A DNA stretch of 61,995 bases, the filler included, from Kipferlia bialata (lineage: Eukaryota): NCBI GenBank assembly GCA_003568945.1. It is 5 parts of 5 records of this genome, joined end to end, with 100 filler letters (N's around TTAATTAATTAA, not from the genome) between each part and the next. Parts side by side here need not be neighbours in the genome. Positions count along the whole stretch, not along the records: positions 38,873 to 53,090 come from BDIP01000844.1; positions 53,191 to 61,995 come from BDIP01000845.1; 3 more parts are not named here. One strand, 5' to 3'. The position numbers were made by a program, and so were the translations under genes. The notes under the pieces were generated by a model. That model made no database searches, was not told the origin of the DNA, and worked only from the letters and a program-made list of their open reading frames with translations. How positions within the stretch are numbered: position 1 is the stretch's first letter; each line of letters opens with the position of its first letter. Below, piece after piece: positions 46,875 through 59,800 of the stretch.

Positions 46875-47705
46875 ACACACTCTCTACTAGTGTGATATTG
46901 CGTTTTCTGACTTGTAAGTGTCACTAAATTGTTTGGATGGAATTAGAGTGTGCTGTCAGGCTGGGGTACTACTACAGTATCTATATGCCTGTAGCTTGGA
47001 AAGACGATATACCAATTTCTCCTCTTGGCATCGTGATAAGTATGGAGACACCGTATATAGTGGTGATTCATGAGTGGTTGTATTCCGACCTCATATATAC
47101 TAATGAATGAGGTTTTCTAATGTTCACATTGACACAAAAGCACAAAGTGATACACCATTTACACTCTGCCATGCTCACAAGTAAGAAGCAAAGTTTGAGA
47201 CTTTTAGCTTAGCTCTAATGCCTACCTACGCTTTGTTACTAGTAGCGATGATTTTCGTCTATTATACGACATAAGACAACGATATGACTCCTAAACAAAA
47301 ACGCTAAGAGACGCCACACCCTTAATTGTAACCGGTGTTTATAATGGGTATAAACAACCACCAAACATAGATTCTTCTAAACAACCACCAAGAGCAACCT
47401 GATTGTGGAGAGGAAGTGGTCTGATACTTGACAAGCCTCGCCAATAGGCCCTTAGGGGCCTACAAGCAACGCCCCATTAATACGCCAATATCTATATATA
47501 ACGCATAAGGGGCTAGGCTTGATAGCCGCCAAAAACAAAGATTTCTCACCCTATTGTCAATATCGTACTAAAAACTGCGAGAGTATATTTTCTTTTTCTG
47601 ATTGGAAAGGGTTCAGTGTCAGAAACAAAAAAAAAAAAAAGTACATCAACCAGACTGGTGACTCTACCAGTGCCTATTTCATCGTGGGAGGCTCCGTGCT
47701 CCTTA

Positions 47706-50276
47706 ATGGACCGGCATTCTCTCGCATCATCCTTAATTGAGCAACTTCCCATAAGGGAGGGACAAGCCATTGTGACCCAAGGGTTTGAAATCCAGAGAGC
47801 AAGTCATTCTGTTCTCTGGAATATTGCTCACAGTGTTGTCAGCCGGATCCGATCAGTGGACTGGGTTCTGCGTTTGATTTGTGAGGCCTATGAAGCACGG
47901 TGTGTTGCCATGAGAACAGCGTCAACAGCCTTTCATCTACCGGTATGTCGATGTCGATTCATTCTATGTACCTTGCATATGAGTCAGGGAATTCTAGGTT
48001 TGAGTGTAAGTGGAAAGTGGTATGATCCGACTGATACTAAGGAGACTCCGAACTCTGAATGGATATGTGCCTGGCTTCAGCAGCGCTTTGGAGTGAAGAC
48101 CATAGTTGATCAGACAGTGGCTGACCTTTATACGTCTTCTTGTCACTATAAGAATTCATCCCTCTACCCTGAGATCGAGCTATGGGTGGCCATCATGGAG
48201 GACCGGTTGGCGTCCGCAGATTTGTCGTTTGTTGCAAGAACTCGCCATACCATCCTGCAGGACCCAAACTCTAATCCAAGGAAAGTAGTCTTGTTTTCGA
48301 CATCAAGAGTACTACTAGTAGTTTCTAATCTTCAGTAGGACTCCTGGATCTCGTCTCCTCGGCCAGAGGAAGAGTTGTCCGTCGCTCTCGAGCATCGAGG
48401 TTGCCCAGGTTTCTCTTCCTACCGTAGTGCAAAACCTCTTCTCATTCGCCGTTCCTTGCGTTCCCAAGGTGCTAGCCAGGGCAAGATACTACAGTAAGGA
48501 TCGGGAAGTTGCCATTTCAGGTCTTGAGCTTGCCAAGCTAGGTCTCATTGTGCTACATCAGGCCACGGGAGATTCCCCACTGTTCCCTCAGCTGGAGAGG
48601 GCATCGAGACCATGCCGAGACTCTGACATCGGCTCAATTGTTTCTGTGCCCCTAAGGGAGATGTGTGAGAAACGCAAACCATTTGTGAGAGAGGATCTCG
48701 TTGGCAGGGGGGGTCTGTCTGATGTTGGAAGTGGGTTGACGGGATCTAGGCTAGACAACAGTGACAATAGCTCTATGCCTCTTTCCAAGGGCACAGCGAT
48801 TCATGCACGACCAGTGGGTCTTGTGGAGCATGGGGAAGGCGTCACGCTGGGAGCAGTATCATCAGTAGAGCCTGCCAAGGTCAGCTGCCCCCTATACAAT
48901 TTGACGAGTGGAGGAGGCTGTTCTCGTTCTGGGGGACAGCTTTACAGAGAGCTGGTGAGGAAAATATTGGAAGATATGGTCTTAGACGCTCATTCACACC
49001 GGTACCGGTATTTGAAGGGACAGGTTTCTAAAAACAGTATCACGACATTGAGGAGTACACGTTCACAGGTTCAACCAAATGGGGAACACAGCTCTCAAGC
49101 AGCCCATTCTGGAGGAAACTCGGACACCAGGAGCGATGTAGAAAGGTACAGTGTGGGAGACACTGAGTCTTTTCGGAGTCCGCGCCGAGTTCCACAAGTG
49201 ACTCGACAGCGGCAGCCACATCAAGACGGTGTGGGTGTTCTGTTGGAGCATCCGTCTGCCAGCAATAGCACAGATGAGAGTGAGTTTGAGTTTCCTTCTG
49301 ACACTCTTAACCCAGTTACCTCTATTCCTGTCTCAGAAACGTCTGAGAAACCCGTCACTGACTGTGGCTGGGACCTCAGGAAAGGTGACTCTAGCTCCAA
49401 GGGACAGATGGGTTCAGTTCGAGGGGTAGAGAAGGATGGGACGGCGTGGAATACAGGGCCAAGTAAGCCTAGTTTGTCGTCCCTGACCGATTCTTCTCTT
49501 CGGAATCCCGAAGGACCAGAGACAGATTTGGGTCGCTTGGAGTCTGGGCATCCATTGAGCAGAGGTGGGTATGGACATGTGTCCTCTAGTTCTGTCTTCT
49601 GTTTACTACTAATGTTTCAGGGAGCGCTGGGTCACAAACCGAAGAAGAAGGGGGTTCATCTATGAAACGGCGTCTGCTTAAGGCCATACAGCGGAGGCAG
49701 GCACTGGCTGATGGTGATAGAATGGACATTGTCAGTGTGGCCCCAGTGGAGGTTCCATCAGGTGGCACCGCTGTACCAAATGAGTCTGAGGGTTACTGTC
49801 AGACTCAGTCGGCCACCCGTGATGGGCCGTGTGCAACGTGTTCTGAGCTCATCAAGCCCAACGCCAGGAATGCCGTATTGGAGGCCACCATCTCTGCGTT
49901 GCAGGCGGAGGTGAAGAGACTTCAGTCTCGGACTGATTCTGGGTCCAGCTCTGCCGCGTCATTATCCCAGCCTCAGTCTCTGAACAGTCAGTGGCAGTTC
50001 GTAGCCATGCCCTGGTGTTCAGTCATGCAAAAGCCTTTTCCTCACGACGAGACTGAAGTTCCGGTCAGACTTATATCGGGTAGGCCGGAGGTCTGCGTTT
50101 TCCGCCCAGTCATGGACAGACAAGTGTTTGTATGGAACCATAAAGATACCCATATATATGTGACCAAGGCCCAGGTGTACCGTGTTCAACCCACACAGCA
50201 GCAGCTTGTGAATGATCACCCGCCGGTAAAGGAGTCTCAAGGGAAGGGACATGGAATAGAGGTCTCTCTCTTGTAG
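47706..50276 (+). CDS. Hypothetical protein, several long exons; helical N-terminus, Ser-rich middle, short coiled coil
   Basis: Three consecutive + ORFs (240, 412, 204 aa) joinable by short introns; WLQQRFGVKTIVDQTVADLY, LEATISALQAEVKRLQ. Confidence 0.6.
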
Positions 50277-51359
50277 GAGAGGGTCCAGTATGATAGTGAT
50301 ATGAGTCAATGGTGGAAATCCCATGAAGTCATAATATATATATGAAGTCATATATATGTGTGTATAAATCCCATTCAGACGGGTCCAGGCTAGATGTCAT
50401 GCGCTGTCTGCTTCTTTGGTTTCTACCGAGGCATTGATCGCGATACCGTGTTAGTCGGAGTCATGCGAGCAGAGGCTGTGGTGAAGACTTCATCGATGGT
50501 TACGAGGGATGTGTGCCAGACGTGACATGACTTGAATTAGCAGTCGCTCGGTTTCCCTTTACAAATCAAGTGTTCACTTTAGAGACCATTGGACAGGAGT
50601 CCCTGGGGGATGCAGAGACTGGGTTGTACTGCCTGTTTCAGCTGACTCTGGATACTCTAGTAGTGTGAAACACATTGTGATGGATATTCTAAGGGTTCGT
50701 GTCAGCAGTGTTCAAATTTTTGGTTACTGTGGCCAAATAGTTTTGAGCCCAATTTGCGCCCAAAGGTACGCCAAAAATAGCATTTGTATACGATACGATA
50801 TAGAGTTAATATCATGATATAGTTAACACTAATGCAGAGGCTGTGTTGGCCAGGGGATCAAGAATCGAGTCCATTTTCGAAAATGTGGTAGACGTACCCA
50901 ATAGATCTATTACCAAGACTATGCTAGGTACAAACACTCCTAAAGAGAGCAGAGTTCGTCTTCTTCGTCCCTAGGCATACTCATATTGGAATAAGAGCGA
51001 GTTATAATTATCTATTTAATGATACTGATTTAATGATACTGATTGTCATATATATAATAGTCATAAATATTAGTATTCTGAAAATGCAAGATTTTTGGTA
51101 GATATATATAGATAAGACTTGATGTAAATGGGTGACTCATAGTGCACATGTTTCTTTGGCAAACTGATATATATGTCAATGGCCAAGAACACCGAGACTG
51201 ACTACCTTTCTGTGAGATCCTGTTATGCAAACCCGAATGGTATGTATGACGCCATTATGTCTTGCTGTCAGACTCTCTGAATACGTGGACTTGACAATAC
51301 TAGTGTATACTGTGACCTCGATGACCTGAAGAGGTGGACACTAATTCACTAATACAGGG

Positions 51360-51780
51360 GTGGATATTAGTGTTCCCTTCACCGTGTCTCTTGACGCTGA
51401 GATCCTGAGGCCAGTAGTTGATGCACAATGGAGGCTGGTGTACATGTTTGACATGGCCCAAACTAGGCTTGAAGTTTCCCTCGCAGACTGTGCTGTTGGC
51501 AATATTCCATGCGGACCTGTCTCTGTCAACCTTGACTGTCGGTATGGAATGGCCAATTTGCTGATTAATTATAATAATGATTATGATCTATGATTGTACT
51601 GATTCCAGTATCGATCCTAGTGGGATTGAGAGAAAGGTTTTACTCAACTGCGGTCTTCTTAGCGTAAAGCTGTTCTCTGGGGAGGTGGAAGTGGCTTGTG
51701 TGAACCTCGTTAACGAGGTTCAGAAGAGGAAGAATGAGAATGGGACCCGTGTTTATGTTAGAACCACTTGGGGTGTGTGA
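51360..51780 (+). CDS. Small protein with ASF1-like beta-sandwich pattern (5' exon unresolved)
   Basis: PFTVSLDAEILRPVVDAQWRLVY...VGNIPCG...IDPSGIERKVLLNCGLLSVKL...EVACVNLV parallels the ASF1 strand order; intron about 51542-51609. Confidence 0.45.
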
Positions 51781-53042
51781 ATTCTCTTCTCTGACTTCAC
51801 ACATACGACTGCCGAAGAAGCCGAGAAAGCACTAATGCACTTTTAAGGATACTTCTTCGCATTGTTCACACATATGTGCATGCTCAAAATTCTAGTCCAC
51901 GAATTAGGTTTTGACTTGTAGTTCAAGAGTGCTATATTGTCCTAGATCTAATAGGCTCTTGTAGATGTGTGTTGTTGGGTGTGTGCTGGGTATTTGCTGA
52001 CCATCGGTGCAAGGTTTTTGTATTCTCAGGTCTATTATGTCCCTGAGCCCTTTTGAATGAGTTGTATAGTGACTTTGACAGGGCCAGAAATGTGTGTATT
52101 AGAGTGTAGATTAGAGTGGGGAGAGGGAACACATGATTAATACCAAGAACCTTAAACTACCCACAGACATGCCAGTCAAACCATTCAGTCATTGTATTGA
52201 AACTATGTGTGATTCGTTAGCCCAAACTTTGGTACTAGGCGGCCTAGTAGCCTAGAACCTTGAAATACATATACACCCTTCCCATAGCTATGGATAGGTT
52301 GATCTATTAGTGTTTCCCGCTATCCATTCTTTGTACTAGTAGTGTCCTCCTACTACGGGTCGATGTCGAACGTCAATTATTGGCCGTCAATTTCTATTTT
52401 GACTGTCACGTGAGTTTTTGCCCACACCCTTTTTCACTTACTTTCTACTCGTAGCTATATACCCCAATGACCTTTTTCGCGAAAAGTGCGTATTATTCCG
52501 TACTAGGTGGGTCACTCGGCGACTAAAATCTATAGTGGGTCCCGAAGTCATAAAAATGGGGGCGTGTACCAAAAACAACATGCCTGACTAGTACCCCACG
52601 GTCTGTGGTAGTACTAGTGCCCCCGGGCGGGTAACAACAGTTGGTCCGGTGTAGCAACAGGAGGTTGCAATTGTAACTAGCATATAAGTATGATGACAGT
52701 GATTGACTGTGAAAAGTTTACTGGAGAGAATATATAAGCCTCACGGCCTATAGTATATAATCTATATACTAAACTAGTAATTCACTCGAAAGAAAATATA
52801 CTTATTAATAAAGAAAGTATACTTTATTAAGATATTATTATTTATTATTAAGATATTATTATTTATTTAATAGAGATAATACTATATATATTAGTAAATA
52901 TATACTCTTAATAATAATATGCTATTAAATATTAATAATAATATAGCTATTAACCTAATAAATAGTAATTGACTTCTAATAACTAAAAACTAATAACTAA
53001 TACTAGAATAACTAATAACTAATACTAGATATAGACTATCTC

Positions 53043-53090
<48 letters not shown>

Positions 53091-53190
53091 NNNNNNNNNN
53101 NNNNNNNNNNNNNNNNNNNNNNNNNNNNNNNNNNTTAATTAATTAANNNNNNNNNNNNNNNNNNNNNNNNNNNNNNNNNNNNNNNNNNNN
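53091..53190. other. Artificial scaffold linker
   Basis: N-run + TTAATTAATTAA + N-run. Confidence 0.97.
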
Positions 53191-53321
53191 TTCCCTTCTT
53201 ATATGGGTTTCCCCCCCCCCCCCCCCCTCGGTTCTCGTCTTCCCTCTCTTTCTCACCTGTGCCTACTATAACAATATCACTCTTGTATACCCACACCACC
53301 CATCTCACTCTCTCATCCTAG

Positions 53322-54268
53322 GAGTTCACCAGGACCAAGTCCCATGTGGGTCTAAAGCCAGGTTAGTGTTAGTATGTGTCTAGTTGTGTCCGTATATACG
53401 TCTGTGTATATATATCTGACAGATACCTATCCCTTCACCACTCCACTACTTCTTCACCGGTGTCTCTGATTGCATTGATTAGTGTGCATACTGAGTATAT
53501 TGTGATGTCTCTGACTTCAGGCCAGTACACGCTGTCCTACAAGCTCCGCCACACCCAGTCCTCTGGTTCCTCCTCCACCCTCAACAAGAGCAGGACATCC
53601 ACCACCAGACCCACCACCCTGCGGCGACTGGACGGGAGCATCCCCTTCAGACACGTCTTCACAGCCGAGGTGGACGTACCAGGCAGCGCACTCCCCGACA
53701 TCCAGGTCCTGATCTCCCCCTTCTCCTCCACCTCTCTCTCGCGGCCTGAGCCTGTGTGTGAGGGCCTGATATCCCTCGGGGGGTGCCATCTGGATGGTGT
53801 GATGAAGTGGGACGTGCACACATCGATGGAGAGCGAGGGCAGGGCGGTGGGGTCGGTGCATGTGGAGGTGGGCATCACGGAGACAGTCACTGACTCACCG
53901 GAGGCAGGGTTCATGGCACTGGGGGGGTCCTTCCAGGACCTGAATGCCAACCCATACTCTGTGGGGCTCGAGACCATAAGCCGCAGCCGGAGTACAGGTA
54001 GGGTGTCTCTTTCCTCTCTCTCACATCCCCCCTTCCCTCCCCACACACACACATCGCATTCTTTCTCTGACTAGCTATACACCCACCCCCAGGCAACCTG
54101 TCCCAGCCGGACATGGACTCCTCGCTCCTCCGTGTCCCAGGTCCCCTGTTGAGACAGAGCACCCTGGGCAGGAACAGCCTGAGGCGGCAGAAGAGAAGGG
54201 GTGGGGTGCAGAGACTGGGGGACCTCTTTGCCAGCATGTCGGACCTGTCGGCATCGGACAGGTGGGTA

Positions 54269-54300
<32 letters not shown>

Positions 54301-55410
54301 GTATGATACAGATACGCACATATATATGTATATATGTATATCTCTTTGCCAGCATGTCGGACCTGTCGGCATCGGACAGGTATATACATACATTTATATT
54401 ATATATATATAATGTATATAGATATATGTTACTGATACACTATATATATATATGTGTGTATATATCTCTCTTTGCTAGCATGTCGGACCTGTCGGCATCG
54501 GACAGGTATATGTATAGTGTATATGTATATATATATATATGATACTGATACACACATATATATGTGTATATCTTTGCCAGCATGTCGGACCTGTCGGCAT
54601 CGGACAGGTATATGTATAATGTATATGTATATATATATATATGATACTGATACACATATATACATGTATATATGTATATCTCTTTGCCAGCATGTCAGAC
54701 AGGTTGGGGCATGTGTATTTATACATATGTGTGTGTGTGCGTCTGTGTTAATACTAGCTCCTGACCCCCCCCCCCCTCACCCCCCAGGTCAGACTGCGAG
54801 TCCGTGGTGTCCAATGCCCCCCAGTCTGTGACTGAAGAGATTAATGACATCGTGTCTGTGTTCAAGGATAGACGCAGTAGCACCTCCTCTGCCGCCGGGG
54901 AGGGGGGTATGGGCACCTCCCCCCCCAAGGAGGTCTATACACTGAACGACAGTACAGCCAGTGAGGACAGTGACTCTGACTATGAGCAGGCCATGAACTC
55001 TTGTCTGCCCTCCACGCAGAGGCGGGGGGGGAAGGCCTTGGGTCCAGCTGTGGCTCTGCCATACGGGGTGACTGCGGGGAGGGATAGGGATGTGTCCAGG
55101 CAGAGAGGGTCCGACAGAGACAGTGGGGGGTACTCCGTGGCTGCTCTATGTGCCTCCCTTCCCTCCCTCCCACCTGCATTCTTCCCAGACGGCTATCCTC
55201 TGGCTGCATATGCTGTTATCAAGCTCAACCAGACGGTGCCGGGGTCGGGCCAGTCTAGGTGAGGGGCTGCCCACTACATTCACTGTCTATATTCACTCTC
55301 TAATAGGAGTGCCACACTCTCACTATGCTCTCAAAAACACTTATCGACAGGTACTGGTCGTCTGTGCTCTCTGCCATGAGAAGCACCATCCTAGGAGACA
55401 CATCAGGTGG

Positions 55411-55444
<34 letters not shown>

Positions 55445-56480
55445 CCCCCATCCCCCTCACCCAGGTTCCAGCCACTGGACGTGTGTCTGCCTAGCTGTGC
55501 TCTCCCACGTTGTCAGACTGAAGGGTGACTGCAACCTGGTCATGGCAGACGGCACTGGTACAGCAGCCAGGCCCTGCCCCCTCTTCCTGTCAGTCAAGCC
55601 GGGTCTCTCCTCCTCCGCCCACTTCCCCCTCTCCCCCTCCTCCTCTCTGCCCACTGTCTGTGTGGAGCTACTCCTAGACGCACTGGACAGACTGTGCGTG
55701 CACACAGTAGGTGCCCTGGCCCCCAAGGTGGACCCTGACTTCCTTGCCCCTACTACAAGAGAGGCCATTACGGCACTCATGAGACCCCTCTCACGCACGG
55801 TGCCGTCGGGTATCTACGCGGTGCTCTGCTATCGCGTGTGTCGGTTCCTGGCTGCATCCCGCCTCCCCCTCGTGATGTACTCCCTCCCCCCCATGACGCT
55901 CTCTCGCTCCTGGGCCCAGCGATCCTTGCTCGAGCTGGACTGCATCGTCAAGGACCTCGTCTCCCTCACCCCCTGCCTCCCCTCCAACGTACACTCTGCC
56001 ACTCCCTTGTCTGTCAGGAAGGAAACGGTCTCCGCTGCCTCCCTGGCAGGCATGTGTGAGCTATACGACGCCCTGTCCCTCGCCAAGTGTGACCTCTCAG
56101 TCGGGGGCGCCCAGGCAGAGGCCGTGGTGAGGCGGTACAAGCACCTCAACGCCCTGCAGACCGACCACCTGATTGGCAGACTGGCAGACAGGGTGAGCAT
56201 GGCCGTGGGGGCCGCTGCCAACCTGAGGGTGGCACTGGAGTCTGTGTCCCTCCAGTCCTGCAACGCCAGTCTGCGGATAGACCCCCATGTGTTCCCGACC
56301 ATGACTGTGTCGCTCTCACCTCTCCCCCTTCCCACCCTCTCCCGAGGGGTGCTCCAGCGCGACGTGGTTGATGCTGTTGCCCTCATTAGCCAGGGAGGAG
56401 CCGTGGACTGGCTGTATGGGGGGTCCATTGACATTCCCGATATCAGTGGCAGCTCCCTAGACCTCGAGTCCAGTGACTGA
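53322..56480 (+). CDS. Protein with N-terminal C2-like domain and C-terminal Dilute (DIL)-like domain
   Basis: Beta-rich IPFRHVFTAEV...CEGLISLG...VGSVHVEVGI; helical C-terminus LCYRVCRFL...LAGMCELYDALSLAK...YKHLNALQTDHLI; canonical introns. Confidence 0.55.
54224..54702 (+). repeat. Exon 3' end plus donor repeated five times in a (TA)n-rich intron
   Basis: ctctttgccagcatgtcggacctgtcggcatcggacag|gt at 54224, 54342, 54468, ~54571 and a shortened copy at ~54680. Confidence 0.92.
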
Positions 56481-56836
56481 GGGTCCCATTCCAACGTGTA
56501 TGTATTGTAGCACCATCGCTTTATCTGGTGTCAACCTCCCAAAGTCTTCGTAAGATAGACAGTATTCTTCTCTTCTATGATGTGGATATTGCAAATGAGA
56601 TGAGTCACACTATTGGGTATGGATAGTACTTTGCATCGACACTTTCTGGAATTGTGGAGCCATTAACACTGTCTGAATTGATCTCCCTGAGCTAATCCTC
56701 GTCACCGTGGGCTGTTGGTAGTTATATATGGTCTTTGCGAACTGATATTCGAGCATTGATAACTCGCAGTGTAATTTTTGGATCTAGACCCTTTACTGTG
56801 CCAAATGATCTGCAGCTAAATCTCAGATGTGTCTCG

Positions 56837-59800
56837 ATGCCTATCACTTCTCTACTGATCCATATTTATGGGATCATTCTCGATATGGCGATTTCCGTCT
56901 GTGCTGGCGGGTCTCCTGCTTCTACTAGGGATGATTGGTCAGGTATGGAAGAATGTTATGCGTATACAATGCATACTAGTATATTCTCTTTGGAAATTGA
57001 ATCCATGTGCCATGACCCTGTATCAACCTCCCTAGTCAATTCAATGACAAGTATCGACTCTGACTTAGACTACGGGACACTAATGTTGACAGATCCCCCC
57101 CCCCCCCCTTCCATCACCACTTCGAAACTAGTACATACACACATTTCATTCAATGACACTAACCCAGATCTCTGCCCTCTCAGACCCCCGGGCCACATCC
57201 TTCACCCTCACCACGCCCACACTGTACCCAGACAACCCCACCTCCATCTCCTGGACTGTTCAGGACTCAGGGGGTGTCACTGCAACCAGCCAACTCTACC
57301 GCATTGAGTGCCGCACAAGTGAGTCTGACGCCTGGGTCATAGCCACCTATGACTCCGACACCCACGTCTACTCCCTCCCCGACACAGTCACCATCGCCTC
57401 CGGCTCCAGTGTCTCCCAGGTGACCCTCTACGTCCAGTTTAGAGATACAGAACCGATACCTGACATCTACTACGATCTGGGGTCACAGACCATCGACGTG
57501 GTGCCTTGGCCCGCCGCTGTCTCTTTCACCGTGACGTCTGGGGACATTGCCGTTGGGTCTGGCGACTCCCTCACCTTCACCCTCCAGGACGCTGACGGCA
57601 AGGACACAGCCTTCCGGGGGACAGGTCTCCTTGTCCTGGCCAGGATCGGTACTGGTACCTGGGAGGTCGATGTGCCATACGATGCCGCTACCAATACCTA
57701 CACCAGTGGCCAGGACCTTGACTCGAGCCCCACTGGGGAGTTCACTCTCTACGTCCAGACTCTAGATGTGATTCCCATGGATGATGTCTACACACCCCTT
57801 GGCTCCCAAACCATCACGGTTGTGGCTGGGCTTCCGTACCCCGCCAACAGCCCTACCCCCACCTACCCTTCTGGCGACCAGGTGGCCGGCGTCGGGTTCC
57901 AGACCACGATGCAGCTGAGCGACATCGACGGCAACATCATCCAGGACGAGATGATACTGTGGCAGGACATGACCTACAAGAACCGCTTTGGCTCTGACGA
58001 AACGACGACACTCGTTGCCACTTTCGACAGCTCCACCAAGGCGTACACCTTCACAAGCACTGCAGTCGTCCACAACCTCGCTCAGGTGTACACAACGCGT
58101 ATCAGGGCCCAGGCCAATAGTAGCAGCGCCTCCTGGCTGACTGGTCCTTCCATCACCGTTGTCGCTGCCTCTCCCGACTACGACGAGAGTCAGCTGCAAC
58201 TGTCCAGGAACGCCATACCCTACGCCAACACAGACACCGCCTGGTACTACGGGGTGACCCTTGTGGACGAGTACGGGAACCCTGTGTACGCCGAGACGGC
58301 TGTCTCTGCGGTGTTCAAGAAGGGTTCTGTCGAGACCAGTGTGACCATGGTACAGGTGGGGCAATACTGATATGTGTACAAGTTATGTATATACAGAGTC
58401 TCTGCCGTCTTTCTCTTACCTCAGGCCCAAGGAACCAGCTCTTACTATGGCAATTACTCCACCGCTGTGGTCCTAGATGCCGGCGTGTGGGATGTCACTG
58501 TCACATGCGGCTCCAACACCGACTGCACCACCACCTGGAGCTCCTACCCTAGCTCCATCACAATTAGTGACCCCCCTGCCGCTGTGTCCTTCACCCTCCT
58601 GGACACATCCATGACATCCAGCGAGGCCACCTCTCTGTCCTTCACTCTGCAGGACGCAGACGGGGGTGACACAGGTGCCGCAGCAGGGGTCGAGCTGCAC
58701 TCCGCCATCGGCACCGGTGACTACAAGGTCAACGCCTTTGACTGGAGCACCAACTCCTTCTCAGCTGAGTTCACAGAGACCCTTGTCGGCACTAAGACCT
58801 TCAAAGTCAAGTTGCACGATGAGGACGACCCAACCAACGACACCCCCCTCGGCACAAGTAGCGTAACAGTCCTGCCTGGTGCCCCCTATCCAGCTGCCGG
58901 TCCTGCCCCCACCTATCCCCAGGGGAGCCAGACTGCCGGTGTCTCGTTCGATATTAGTATGGGTCTCTGTGACTCCCAGGGCAACTCCATCAGCGACGAA
59001 GAGACCCTGACCCTGACCTACTCCACTAGTGGACAGGCCGATGAGACAGTGACAGCCTCCTTCGATGCAACCTCCAAGGTGTACACCTTCACCAGCCCTG
59101 CCTCTGTCCACAATCATGCCGCAACATGGACCACTGTCATCAAGACCCCTGCCAACACTGACTCTGCCTCATTCAGGACAGGGGGGAGTGTGACAGTGGT
59201 GCATGCTACACCCTCTGTGTCTGGTAGTACCATTACAGTGCCGACCTCCCCAGTGGAGGCCGGAAATACCGTTGCTGTCAGTGCCAGTCTCGTAGATGCC
59301 TATGGGAACACTGTTGACTCTATATCTGGGGTGAATGTTAGTGCAGTCTTCACCATGGGTACACAGACACTCTCCGGTGCATTCATTGGAGCCAACTTCA
59401 CTTGCAATGCCCCCACTGGTGTGTCAGAGACTGCTGGTGTCTGGTCCGTGGCTCTGGCCATAGGCAGTGACACATCTTCCGTCACTGAGACTGTGACCGT
59501 TATCCCAGCAGAGCCGGACTCTACCACTTCCTCTCTCACGGTGCCCACTGTCGACCTGGTGGCTGGTACCACCTTTGAGTTCGCTGCTGTGCTACGCGAT
59601 GCCTATGGTAACACCTGCACCGAGCAGCAGGTCCTCAAGATGGAGGCCGAGTACCGTGTAGGCAGCCAGTGGGGCAGCACCGAGCGCACCATGGCCTTCA
59701 ACCCCACCACCTATGCCTACACCATAACCTGCCCAAGCAACACCTGCACCACGGCTGCTGCCTGGTCTGTCTCCTTGGACATTGACAGAGTCAGTTTCAT

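Noticed and set aside
52300..53040. Transposon end or organellar insert in an AT-rich stretch with small hairpins
   Set aside because: No terminal repeat partner, target duplication or recognisable gene within the window.
14332..53146. Recurrent TTAATTAATTAA motif and gene neighbourhoods across it
   Set aside because: Synthetic linker; adjacency across scaffolds has no biological meaning.
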